64,000 bases of DNA, from contig NC_135804.1 in assembly GCF_964213995.1 (NCBI RefSeq), positions 69,936,001 through 70,000,000 of the forward strand, read 5' to 3'. The position numbers were made by a program, and so were the translations under genes. The DNA is from Mustelus asterias. Taxonomy: Eukaryota. The notes below the pieces were generated by a model. That model saw nothing but the letters and a program-made list of their open reading frames with translations, searched no databases and was not told the DNA's origin. Shown here piece by piece: positions 12,170 through 23,425 of this stretch. The first letter of the stretch is position 1. Each line of letters starts with the position of its first letter.

Positions 12170-13800
12170 TTGATTTGATTTGATTTGATTTATTATTGTC
12201 GCATGTATTAACATATACTGAAAAGTACTGTTTCTTGCACGCTAAACAGACAAAACATACCATTCATAGAAAAGGAATCGAGAGAGTGCAGAATGTAGTA
12301 TTACAGTCATAACTAGGGTGTAGAGAAAGATCAACTTAATGCAAGGTAAGTCCATTCAAAAGTCTGACAGCAGCAGGGACGAAGCTGTTTTTGAGTCAGT
12401 TCGTACGTGACCTCAGACCCTTGTATCTTTTCCCAATGGAAAAAGGTGGAAGAGAGAATGTCCGGGCTGCATGGAGTCCTTAATTATGCTGGTTGCTTTG
12501 CTGTGGCAGCGGGAAATGTAGACAGAGTCAATGGATGAGCGGTTTGCGTAATGGATTGGGCTACATTTACGACCTTTTGTAGTTCCTTGCGGTCTTGGGC
12601 AGAGCAGGAGCCATACCAAGCTGTGATACAACCAGAAAGAATGCTTTCTATGGTGCATCTGTAAAAGCTGGTGAGAGTTGTAGCTGACATGCCAAATTTC
12701 TTTAGTCTTCTGAGAAAGTAGAGGCATTGGTGGGCTTTCTTAACTATAGTGTTGGCATGGGGAGACCAGGACAGCTTGTTGGTAATCTGGACACCTAAAA
12801 ACCTGAAGCTCTCGACCCTTTCTACTTCATCCCCATTGATGTAGACAGGGGTGTGTTCTCCTTTACGCTTCCTGAAGTCGATGGCAATCTCCTTCATTTT
12901 GTTGACATTGAGGGAGAGATTATTGTTGCCGCACCAGTACACCAGATTCTCTATCTCATTCCTGTACTCTGTCTCATCATTGTTTGAGACCTGACCCACT
13001 ATGGTGATGTCATCAGCAAACTTGAAAATCGAATTGGAGGGGAATTTGGCCACACAATCATAGGTGTATAAGGAGTATAGTAGGGGGCTGAGGACACAGC
13101 CTTATGGGGCACCAATCTTGAGGATGATCGTGGAGGATGTGTTGTTGCCTATCCTTACTGATTGTAGTCTGTGAGTTCGGAAGTTCAGGATCCAGTCACA
13201 GAGGGAGGTGCCGAGGCCCAGGCCACGGAGTTTGGACATGTGTATTGTGGGAATAGAACTTGAAGGCTGAGCTGTAGTCAATAAATAGGATCTGACATAG
13301 GTGTCTTTGTTATCTAGGTGTTCCAGGGTTGAGTGCAGGGTCAGAGAGATGGCATCTGCTGTGAACCTGTTGAGGCGGTAGGCAAACTGTAGTGGATCCA
13401 GGTTGTCTGGGAAGCTGGAATTGATTCGTGCCATGACTAGCCTTTTGAAGCACTTCATCATGATGGATGCCAGAGCCACCAGCCCATAGACATAAAGGCA
13501 CGCTGCATGGTTTTTCTTAGGTACTGGAATGATGGTCGTCTTCTTGAAGCAGATAGGGACCTCAGATTGTTGTAAAGAGAGGTTGAAGATGTCTGTGAAT
13601 ACCCCTGCCGGCTGATCCGTGCAGGATCAGGTACCCCTTTCGGGCCAGTCGCTTTCTGTGGGTTGACCTTCGAGAAGGCTGCTTTGATATCTGCAATGGT
13701 GGCCCCAGATACAGATTCATCCAGGGCTTCTGGGGTGGAGGGCATGCTCTCGCTGACCTCTTGCTCAAAACAAGCATAGAATGCATTGAGCTCATCAGTA
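12170..13800 (-). mobile_element. Rex1/Babar-type non-LTR retrotransposon, 5' truncated, frameshifted
   Basis: ALASIMMKCFKRLV, DPLQFAYR, KFADD, KKAHQCLYFLRRL, FYRCTIESILSGCITAWYG; (AATCA)n tail at ~12171-12192. Confidence 0.85.
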
Positions 13801-14153
13801 CATCCAAGGAGTTTCTTAGTGAAGTGCGTCAAGTGCTGATAGCTCTTGATGCACTTTAGTAAGGAACTCCTTGGTGAAGCATAGATACTACACATGCACA
13901 CTCTTCCTCGTGAAGGTTCGGGTGTCACCAGGACATACTGAACACCTTGGGAAAATATAGCTTTCTGTTGAGAGACTATCTCCATGTCACATGTTCTGCT
14001 TTCAATGGCCTATTCTCATTCTTCCAGTCATGTTGATCTCTAAGATGAGGGCTGGGTGGAACTGGTTGTGCAGAAGCTTGAAGCCACCTTCATGCGAAAT
14101 CGCAGTGGTAACAAAGAATTTTAGCAAAAGCCAAAACAAAACATCCAGCAATT

Positions 14154-14317
14154 NNNNNNNNNNNNNNNNNNNNNNNNNNNNNNNNNNNNNNNNNNNNNNN
14201 NNNNNNNNNNNNNNNNNNNNNNNNNNNNNNNNNNNNNNNNNNNNNNNNNNNNNNNNNNNNNNNNNNNNNNNNNNNNNNNNNNNNNNNNNNNNNNNNNNNN
14301 NNNNNNNNNNNNNNNNN
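14154..14317. other. Assembly gap (N run)
   Basis: Run of N. Confidence 1.
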
Positions 14318-14325
14318 GTCAACCA

Positions 14326-16785
14326 TTGCTGCAGATCTGCGGCAAACGCCGCAGCCTGGAAACCAAGATAGAATCCATATTCTCAACTTGCGCTCAGGAC
14401 ACAGACCAGCTGCGAAACTCTGCCAAGCAGACGAGACAAAGGAACTACACTATCTACATGCACACCAAGAACAGGAAACTTGTGAGATTCGGCATCTCCA
14501 CCAGCAGCAACCAAGCCTTTCCCAGTACCACAGTAGAAAACAGTACCACTACAGGGAAGTCCATTGTCAACTTGTCGGACTACACACTTCAACCAGATGA
14601 AATCGAAGTTCTCAGCCGAGGGCTCAATTTTTGCCCCACCACCAAAATCGACCCCATCAGTCTCGCAGCAGACACAGAGGAATTCATCAGGCAAATGAGG
14701 CTGTGGGAGTTCTTCCACAAACCCCAAGAGGCCAACAGCGAACACAATGAGACAGCCAATGAACTGGAACAGCCGACAGAGAGATCCGCAGTGCATCCGA
14801 AGAGGAAAGAGTCAAATTGGACCCCTCCGGAAGGCTGCTGCCCTCGATTTGACATGTATGCCCAAGCCATCAGGAGGTGCGTCAACACCAAATTCATCAG
14901 CCGCACTCACAAGACAGCCCCGAACATCACCCAAGCACAACGCAATGCCATCCGCGCTCTCAAGACCAACCGCAACATTGTCATCAAACCAGCAGACAAA
15001 GGAGGAGGCATCGTCATACTGAACAGAACGGAATACTGCAAAGAAGTGTACCGACAACTGAACAACGAGGAACGCTACAGACAGTTACCTGCAGATCCGA
15101 CCAAAGAACACACCCATCAACTCAACACTCTGATCAAGACCTTTGATCTGGACCTTCAGAGCTCCCTCCATGTTCTCATCCCACGTACTCCCCACGTTGG
15201 AGATCTCTACTGCCTCCCAAAGATACACAAGGCAAACACACCTGACCGACCCATCGTATCGGGCAATGGGACCCTGTGCGAGAACCTCTCCGGCTATGTT
15301 GAGGGCATCCTGAAACCCATTGTACAAAGAACCCCCAGCTTTTGTCGCGACACTACGGACTTCCGACAGAAACTCAGCACACATGGAGCAGTTGAACCAG
15401 GAGCGCTCCTCGTCACAATGGATGTCTCGGCACTCTACACCAGCATCCCCCACGATGATGGCATTTCTGCAACTGCCTCCGTACTCAAGGCCGACAACTG
15501 CCAGTTTCCAGATGCAATTTTACAACTCATCCACTTCATCCTGGACCACAATGTCTTCACCTTCAACAACCAGTTCGTCATCCAGACACACGGAACAGCC
15601 ATGGGGACCAAATTCGCACCTCAATATGCCAACATTTTCATGCACAGGTTCGAACAAGACTTCTTCACTGCACAGGACCTCCAACCAATGCTGTACACTA
15701 GATACATCGATGACATTTTCTTCCTTTGGACTCATGGCGAACAATCACTGAAACAACTATATGGTGACATCAACAAGTTCCATCCCACCATCAGACTCAC
15801 CATGGACTACTCTCCAGAATCGGTTGCATTCTTGGACACACGCATCTCCATTAAGGACGGTCACCTCAGCACCTCACTGTACCGCAGGCCCACGGATAAC
15901 CTCACGATGCTCCACTTCTCCAGCTTCCACCCTAAACACGTTAAAGAAGCCATTCCCTATGGACAAGCCCTCGGTATACACAGGATCTGCTCGGATGAGG
16001 AGGATCGCAACAGACACCTCCAGACGCTGAAAGATGCCCTCATAAGAACAGGATATGGCGCTCGGCTCATTGATCGACAGTTCCGACATGCCACAGCGAA
16101 ATACCGCACCGACCTCCTCAGAAGACAAACACGGGACACGGTGGACAGAGTACCCTTCATCGTCCAGTACTTCCCCGGAGCGGAGAAGCTATGCCATCTC
16201 CTCCGGAACCTTCAACATGTAATTGGTGAAGACAAACATCTCACCAAGGCCATTCCCACACCCCCACTTCTTGCCTTCAAACAACCGCACAACCTCAAAC
16301 AGACCATTGTCCACAGCAAACTACCCAGCCTTCAGGAGAACAGTGACCACGACACCACACAACCCTGCCACAGCAACCGCTGCAAGACGTGCCGGATCAT
16401 CGACACGGATGCCATCATCTCAGATGAGAACACCATCCGCCAGGTACACGGTACATACTCTTGCAACTCGACCAACATTGTCTACCTGATACGCTGCAGG
16501 AAAGGATGTCCCGAGGCATGGTACATTGGGGAAACCATGCAGACACTACAACAACGGATGAATGAACACCACTCGACAATCACCAGGCAAGACTGTTCTC
16601 TTCCTGTTGGGGAGCACTTCAGCTGTCACGGGCATTCGGTCTCTGATATTTGGGTAAGCATTCTCCAAGGTGGCCTTCACAACACACGACAGCACAGAGT
16701 CACTGAGCAGAGACTGATAGCCAGGTTCCGCACACATGAGGACGGCCTCAACTGGGATCTTGGGTTCATGTCACACTATCTGTAA
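14326..16785 (+). CDS. Penelope-like RT / GIY-YIG endonuclease polyprotein (5' end lost in gap)
   Basis: KPADKGG, LPKIHK, MDVSALYTSIPH, GTAMG, RYIDD, PCHSNRCKTC linker, IVYLIRC...YIGET...RMNEH...E...GLN; 819 aa open. Confidence 0.9.
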   Translation: MLQICGKRRSLETKIESIFSTCAQDTDQLRNSAKQTRQRNYTIYMHTKNRKLVRFGISTSSNQAFPSTTVENSTTTGKSIVNLSDYTLQPDEIEVLSRGLNFCPTTKIDPISLAADTEEFIRQMRLWEFFHKPQEANSEHNETANELEQPTERSAVHPKRKESNWTPPEGCCPRFDMYAQAIRRCVNTKFISRTHKTAPNITQAQRNAIRALKTNRNIVIKPADKGGGIVILNRTEYCKEVYRQLNNEERYRQLPADPTKEHTHQLNTLIKTFDLDLQSSLHVLIPRTPHVGDLYCLPKIHKANTPDRPIVSGNGTLCENLSGYVEGILKPIVQRTPSFCRDTTDFRQKLSTHGAVEPGALLVTMDVSALYTSIPHDDGISATASVLKADNCQFPDAILQLIHFILDHNVFTFNNQFVIQTHGTAMGTKFAPQYANIFMHRFEQDFFTAQDLQPMLYTRYIDDIFFLWTHGEQSLKQLYGDINKFHPTIRLTMDYSPESVAFLDTRISIKDGHLSTSLYRRPTDNLTMLHFSSFHPKHVKEAIPYGQALGIHRICSDEEDRNRHLQTLKDALIRTGYGARLIDRQFRHATAKYRTDLLRRQTRDTVDRVPFIVQYFPGAEKLCHLLRNLQHVIGEDKHLTKAIPTPPLLAFKQPHNLKQTIVHSKLPSLQENSDHDTTQPCHSNRCKTCRIIDTDAIISDENTIRQVHGTYSCNSTNIVYLIRCRKGCPEAWYIGETMQTLQQRMNEHHSTITRQDCSLPVGEHFSCHGHSVSDIWVSILQGGLHNTRQHRVTEQRLIARFRTHEDGLNWDLGFMSHYL

Positions 16786-17002
16786 CTCCCACAACTTGCC
16801 TAGACTTGCAAAGTCTCACTGGCTGTCCTGTCTGGAGACAATACACATCTCTTTAACCTGTGCCAATGCTCTCTCCACTCACATTGTCTGTACCTTTAAG
16901 ACTTGATTAGCTGTAAAGACTCGCATTCCAATCATTATTCATTATTCTGTAAATTGAGTTTGTGTCTTTATATGCCCTGTTTGCTGCTTATGAGCAGATC
17001 TC

Positions 17003-17043
17003 CCACTCACCTGACGAAGGAGCAGCGCTCCGAAAGCTCGTGG
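17003..17043 (+). ncRNA. Minimal hammerhead ribozyme motif in PLE pLTR
   Basis: CAC-CTGACGA-A-GGAGC(AGC)GCTCC-GAAA-GCTC-GTG: catalytic core, stem II, short palindromic stem III. Confidence 0.75.
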
Positions 17044-17858
17044 CGTTTGCTACCAAATAAACCTGTTAGACTTTAACCTGGTGTTGTTAGACTCCTATCT
17101 GAAGCAGGCCAGACAAGGTAAGGATGGGCAGATTCCCCTCCCTAAAGGGAAGCCAGATGGGTATTTAAGACAGTGCTTCATGGTTGTCATTCGACTTTTA
17201 ATTCTTGATGTTAATTTAATTCAAATTTCGCGATCTGTTGCGGTGGGGATGCGAACCCGAGTCCATCAGATCTCTGGATGGCTAGTCAAATGACAATACC
17301 ACCATGCCATCCCTACCCTGCGTAAGGACGCTGACTGGATCATTGAACTCCAAAATATCAGGGCTGCTGTCAAAATTGCATTGCCTGCTAACGAAAGTCC
17401 TGATCTCGCTGACCTACACATTCCCAGCAGACGTCCACTGCATTAAGATGGTTTTCAACTTGTTTGGCATTGCAAGTGTACATGGGTATTGCAGATGCCA
17501 TTATACAACTTGAAAGGCAACTGAACAGCTCAAAAATAGGTAGGTATAAGAGCAGATCAGTGAGCATTCTGGAATCTGAATCAAAAACAGAAAATACTGG
17601 AAACCTCAGCAGGTCTGGCAGCATCTGTGAGAGAGAATAGAGCACAACATTTTGAGTCTAGATGACTCCCACCAGAGCTGAAGATAATAGAAAATATGGT
17701 TATATTTATACTGTTAGGGTGGGGATGGGGGTAATTTACAATGACGTCATAGACAAAAAGATAAGGGAATGCAAATGGTGGGAATAAATGCTGAGAATGG
17801 TACTAATAGTGGTCCATTAAGAGATCAGAATATATAAATGGCAGAACAAAGTTATGAT

Positions 17859-18160
17859 GTGGAGATGCCGGCGTTGGACTGGGGTAAACACAGTAAGAAG
17901 TTTAACAACACCAGGTTAAAGTCCAACAGGTTTATTTGGTAGCAAAAGCCACACAAGCTTTCGGAGCTGCAAGCCCCTTCTTCAGGTGAGTGGGAATTCT
18001 GTTCACAAACAGAGCATATAAAGACACAGACTCAATTTACATGAATAATGGTTGGAATGCGAATACTTACAACTAATCAAGTCTTTAAGAAACAAAACAA
18101 TGTGAGTGGAGAGAGCATCAAGACAGGCTAAAAAGATGTGTATTGTCTCCAGACAAGACA
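17859..18160 (-). mobile_element. Neptune-type PLE pLTR fragment nested in the older PLE
   Basis: Reverse complement similar to 16820-17090. Confidence 0.85.
17949..17994 (-). ncRNA. Minimal hammerhead ribozyme motif
   Basis: Minus strand CAC-CTGAAGA-A-GGGGCTTGCAGCTCC-GAAA-GCTTGTG. Confidence 0.7.
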
Positions 18161-20239
18161 GTTAAGCAGAGTGTCAAATGACAAACTGAGACATGTAATA
18201 GGTAGCTCTAGTAAAATGGGGGGAGCAGTGACCCTAGGAGGGGAAAAAGATGGAAAGCAAGATTGTTAAGAAGGTGCAAAAAAGAAACATGGAAGAAATA
18301 AAAATGAAATAACGTAAACATATATAAATTAATGAAATGAATTCAAATGAAAGAAAATAACATGAATGGAAATGGAGTGAAGGTGGAGGTTCATGCTCTG
18401 ATGTTGTTGAATTCAATGTTCAGTCCGACAGGCTGTAAAGTGCCCAATTGGAAGATGAGGTGCTGTTCCTCCAGTTTACATTGGGCTTCACTGAAGTTTT
18501 GCAGCAGGCCAAAAACGGGCAGCTGGACAAGAGAGCAGGATGGTGTGCAAGCAACAGCAAGGTCTGGGTCCTGCTTGCAGACAGACCAAAGATGTTCTGA
18601 AAGCAGTCACTCAGTCTGTGTTGTGTCGCTCCAATGTATAGTACACTGCATTGGAAGCAGCAGATGCCACAGACCAGATTAAAGGAGGTGAAGTGCTGCT
18701 TCACTTGAAAAGAGTGTTTGGGCCCTTGAATAATAGGTGGGGAGGAGGTAATGGGGCAGGTGTTGCACCTTCTGCGGTTACATGCCCTGTGCAGCGGGTG
18801 AGTTGTTGGGTGTAATAGAGGCATGTACGAGGGAGTCTGGGAGGGAATGACCGCTGTGGAATGCTGGTAGGGGAGTGAGGGGAAGTCATGTTTGGTGGCG
18901 GCATCATGCTGAAGTTGGTGGAAATGGCGGAGGATGATCTTTTGAATGCGGAAGCTGGTGGGGTGAAAACTGAAGACAACGGGGCCATTTTCTTGTTCTG
19001 GGAGGGAAGGGAGCAGGAAGAACATTGGCGTGGGAGATGAGTCAGACATAATTGAGAGCACTGTCAACCACAGTGGATGGGAAACCACGATTAAGGAAGA
19101 AGGAACACATATCAGCAGCGCCATTATGGAAAGTCACATCACCACAATAGATGCGACAAAGGCGAAGGCGCTGAGAGATTGGGATGGAATCCTTAGAGGA
19201 CGTGGGGTGTGAAGATCTGCATTCGAGATAACTTCGGAGTCGGTGGGCTTGTAATGGATACTAGTGGACAGTCTACCGTCAGGAATGGAGAGCTGAAATC
19301 AGGGAAAGAAACTGTCAGAGATGGGCAATGTCAAGATGATAGAGGGGTGGAAATTGGAAGTGAAATTGATATTTCTTTCCAGGTCCAGATAAGAACACGA
19401 GTAGCAACGGAATACTCGTTAATGTACCAGTAAAAGAGTTGTGGGAGAGAGCCAAAATAGGACTGGAAGAAGGAATGTTCCACATTCGTTCTAAAAAGAC
19501 AGGCATAAATAGGATCCATACAGACAGCTATCAAGACACATCTTAGTCATGATCGCCACCATTGACAGTTACATAGTCTTTTTGTCTATGGCATCTTTGT
19601 CAACTACCACCCCAGACCCCCACCCCCCCAACCCTGACGGTATAAATATCATCCTGTTTTCTATTGTCTTCAGCTCTGACGAAGGATCATCCAAACTCAA
19701 AATATTACCGCTATTCATTTTAAAATGAGTTTTACTGAGTCAATATCTGACCAAGCTTGGGTCAGTGAGGATATATCAAACGGATTGATTGAACAGTGAC
19801 AGGGTTGCTTGATCTGCTCACACAGACCACATATCTCCTTTAGAGGGCAGAGCAATGTGCAGGATCTCCTGCAACACGAAAGCACCGCTCAAAATCGCAC
19901 GCAACACTGTGGACTATTGTGCGAGTGAGCGCCGACTGCCGTTCCCATTTTGCTTGACCATTAAGTCCGGCCTGCTGTCTTCCTATAATTTCACTGGTGG
20001 GAATTGGTTGATATTTGATATACTAGCTTCCGTGGCAACACTCTTACATTGTCCTGTTCTTTTCTTTAGGACACTGTGGTTCTCTGCCAAACACTCCTCC
20101 CTTCCTGTCTCTATCTTTGATTAATAAATGCAGCATAATGAATGTAACAAGGAGCCTAGAGCCCCTTTGTCCTTCTGCCCATGTGGTCGGGAGTAATTTT
20201 CTACAAGCCCTATTCGTCGCAAATGGTGATGTTGTGCTT

Positions 20240-20405
20240 GTACCCAGGCAGTGCTGCCTTCCAATGCCAGGGCTCAGGTTCGATTCCAGCCTTTGGTGAC
20301 TGTGTAGTTTGCACATTTTCCCCGAGACTGCGTGGGTTTCCTCTGGGTGCACCGGTTTCATCCCACAGTCCAAAGGTGTGCAGGTGGATTGGCCATGCTA
20401 CATGT
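20240..20405 (+). mobile_element. Degenerate V-domain SINE
   Basis: GGTTCGATTCC B box and a diverged central domain. Confidence 0.65.
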
Positions 20406-21236
20406 GCGGATGCTTCTATGCTTGAATATGCAAATCATTAAACTCCTCAGCAGGCCAAATCGCCCTTCCCCCAAACGGAACAACAACAGAGGCGTGAAAT
20501 ACGTGAAAGGTCGGCATTACTGATCGTATTTTGCTAGTAGAATCATGGACCATTAATCGGACACTTTTTTGCAACATGGTTACTTTCATGAATTATTAAA
20601 TTTAAAAGTGACACAGAGCAACAACATGAACAGCCAGATATTGCGCTCCATATGATTTATGTGGGGTTTGCAGCAGTCTCCCATTCTATAGCGGGAGACC
20701 TGGAGTTTATCACTGAATTGATCGGTTACTGTACTTGAAATCTTTCAGAACTTCTACATTATGGTTCGAAATATTAACCCGCCTCATCTAAAACAGTGTA
20801 GGGGGTACTGAGGGGCCGTTTATTACAGTTCTCACAATTCCTCTCGAATCAGCCGATGATGAACGCAAATTTTGCACAAATTGGTAATGGGCGAAATTAT
20901 TCATTTAGTTTTTCAGAAAGACTGCCAGCAGAAAACTCCTGGTAAACAGCTCAGCAGAGAGCCTCTGGGAAATTGTACGCAAAGAGCCACATTTCATCAC
21001 AAGTTTCCTCAAAGCAGGAGGTCCTGAGGGGAGGTTGGTCCAACTGAATGTAAACTGTGTCCTCTGTGGCTTTTTCTGGCAAATGTACTAAAGTTTTAAA
21101 AATTTCACACAACGTATATGTTGTCGGCTCAAAGACAGGATGTTGCGCCTTCATTATGACGTTTTACATTTTCCGCCTTCTTTCAAACAAGCAGTCATTT
21201 CATGGACTGTCTCTCTGCTTGATCAAATTGTTCAGA

Positions 21237-21291
21237 ATGTTGGCCAGTGTGGCAATTCCTTGCATTACTGTTCTCGGAATCATTTTCACAG
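21237..21291 (+). CDS. Gene A exon 1: signal peptide MLASVAIPCITVLGIIFT
   Basis: ATG 21237, hydrophobic leader, phase-1 donor G|gtattt; homologous to gene B leader (VLGIIFT vs VLGIIYE). Confidence 0.8.
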
Positions 21292-21444
21292 GTATTTGCT
21301 CCTATTATGCTTTGTTTTCTCATTCAATCGCGTAGTTACGTATCTTTGTTTTGATGCAGCATGTTTCATTGTCCTTTACAAATATTATCTGAACTCCTTT
21401 CCCTCACTCTTTCCTATTGTTACATTTTTACATTTTTCCCATAG

Positions 21445-21765
21445 GTCCCGGTGGAACTTCAGTCAGAGTCACTCAGCTCCCTGAGAGAGTGAACACAAAC
21501 ACCGGTACGAACATTTCCTTTCATTGCTCGCTTCCCTTCTTTCAAGACGGCCCACGTGTGAATGTAAACTGGTGGAAAAAGGGTGACAATCAATATCTAA
21601 GGTCAGGACAAAATGACAGAATAATAACTGGTTTCAAGACTAAATTCAGCGGCTTTCTTCGGATAATTAATGTAAATGTGCAGGACACAGGAGTATACTA
21701 TTGCATTGTCACGCATCTAAACAAAACAGCTGGAAATGGAACTGGATCTAATTTAACAGTATGGG
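21445..21765 (+). CDS. Gene A exon 2: Ig V-set domain with joined J-like G strand
   Basis: cccatag| acceptor; VTQ, FHC, WWK, DTGVYYC, GNGTGSNLTV; phase 1/1, 321 nt, donor gtacgt. Confidence 0.92.
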
Positions 21766-22617
21766 GTACGTATAAAAAAATGTAAATAAGATCCATCTGA
21801 CTGCAATATTTCACACTTCGAAACATAGATTTTGATTTAAAGAATTCAACTTTTTAATTAATTTCAATGATCAATATGTATACATTCCAATTGCACTGGT
21901 GATTGCTGCATGCTGGTGTATGTTGCAATGTTTCAAAAATAATGATAAAGCCGAACATTTTCTGCTAAATGTTTGATCCCGACGTATATTCAACAAACAA
22001 TTGAAGTTAAAATTTCCATATTGGATAAGTTGCATACCTCGGCATTAATAGACAGTGTTGCGGACCCGATAAAGAGAACGCACATTTCTTATCCTATTTC
22101 GTGGTATAATTCGCCTACGTTGATTGCGGAGGGTTGTGTGCTTCTATTAGGGCCAGCTGTTCCACTGGTTGATGGTCTATTTCTTAAGGTCATATTTTTA
22201 ACGGTTGAATTACACACCGTCTAATTTGAACCAAACCCTCCTCATCTTTCACCCATCATTTTAGGCTCCAGCAAGCGCGAAATCATCCGGGTTCTTGGTG
22301 CAAAGTCTAACTAACTTGAGAAATTAAACTTCCCAGATAGTTTTTAGATTTAATGGGATGAAATTCACCCGCAGTGGAACCGCAAAATTAGCGAACATCC
22401 CAAATTACACCGTGAGCAATGTTCTTCCGCATTAGAATAGACGATTGGGCGAGATTTTTATTGGGTACAAACTCGCTTTCTCTCGTGTGTTTCTTTTTTT
22501 TTATTTGTCCCCATGAAAACTGTTTAAATTACAAGCAAAATACCCGCGACACGTGAGAATGTCGTCAGATTTAATTGTCGCTACAGATAGTGCAATCTAA
22601 ATAACTATTCTCCCATT

Positions 22618-22760
22618 GCTGTTCCTTCGTCAGATGGAGTGGAAATATGGAGCCAGATTTCCACTCCATCTGACGAAGGAGCAGCGCTCCGAAAACTAGT
22701 GGCGTTTGCTACCAAATAAACCTGTTGGGCTTTAACCTGGTGTTGTTAGACTCCTTACTA
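22618..22760 (+). mobile_element. Short PLE pLTR fragment with hammerhead core and 29-bp inverted arm
   Basis: CTGACGAAGGAGCAGCGCTCCGAAA...CAAATAAACCTGTT matches 17011-17090; arms 22618-22646 / 22657-22685 with one mismatch. Confidence 0.85.
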
Positions 22761-23113
22761 CGATTTTGACGAGCAGGGGAGCTATCCACAGTTATCCCCA
22801 AGTTATCTTCGGTGTCCAGGCCAATATTTCTCCTTCATCAACATCACACAAGCATACGAACTGATCATGATCACGTTTGATTTGATTTGATTTATTATTG
22901 TCACATGTATGAGCATGCAGTGAAAAGTATTGTTTCTTGCGTGCACGCTGCTGTTTCTGGAAATTTCCTGTTCACAGATTTGCTGCCAAATGTTCATCGT
23001 TACAAAAGTGACAGCATTTGAATTGTTCTGCATTGATTGCTGGGCGTTTGAGACGTCTGGTGGTGTGAAACGTGTTATATAACTACCAGTCTTTATATTT
23101 TTTATTGTTCTAG

Positions 23114-23425
23114 TTCCACCAACCCCATTGAAAATTAAACCTCAGCAACTTGAAACGGATCCAGCTGCACCGCTGACTCTTCTGTGCACCACATCTCCTT
23201 TTTCCCCGAAGAATATCAGTTTCACTTGGTATAAGGATGGCACTATAACTAAAATAGGGATCAATACCATCATTAAACCCAGCACCAATGGACTCTATGA
23301 CGCTTCCAGCCAGTTGCAAGAGGCGCAGCCTGCCCGGTCCCTAACTGTTTATACCTGTCTGGTCTTTCACAGTGCGCTCCAAATTCCAGCCATAACCACT
23401 CACATTGTCACCTACCCAAACACAG
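23114..23425 (+). CDS. Gene A exon 3: Ig C1-set domain
   Basis: ttctag| acceptor; LTLLC..FSPKNISFTWYK, NGLYDASSQL, YTCLVFHSAL; phase 1/1, 312 nt, donor gtaaga. Confidence 0.92.

Larger units (their letters stand above)
14318..17095 (+). mobile_element. Penelope-like element (Neptune-type) with 3' pLTR
   Basis: RT + GIY-YIG ORF followed by a 3' region with a hammerhead motif and AATAAA. Confidence 0.9.
17575..19720 (-). mobile_element. Older, decayed Penelope-like element with inverted terminal pLTR piece
   Basis: ACNRRRCNTC and NLVCGICCFQCSVLYIGATQHRL (GIY-YIG) in 18420-19124; ~19575-19700 is an inverted copy of ~17650-17765. Confidence 0.7.

Noticed and set aside
13991-14386. ORFs spanning the N run (also 54025-54432)
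   Set aside because: Artefacts of assembly gaps
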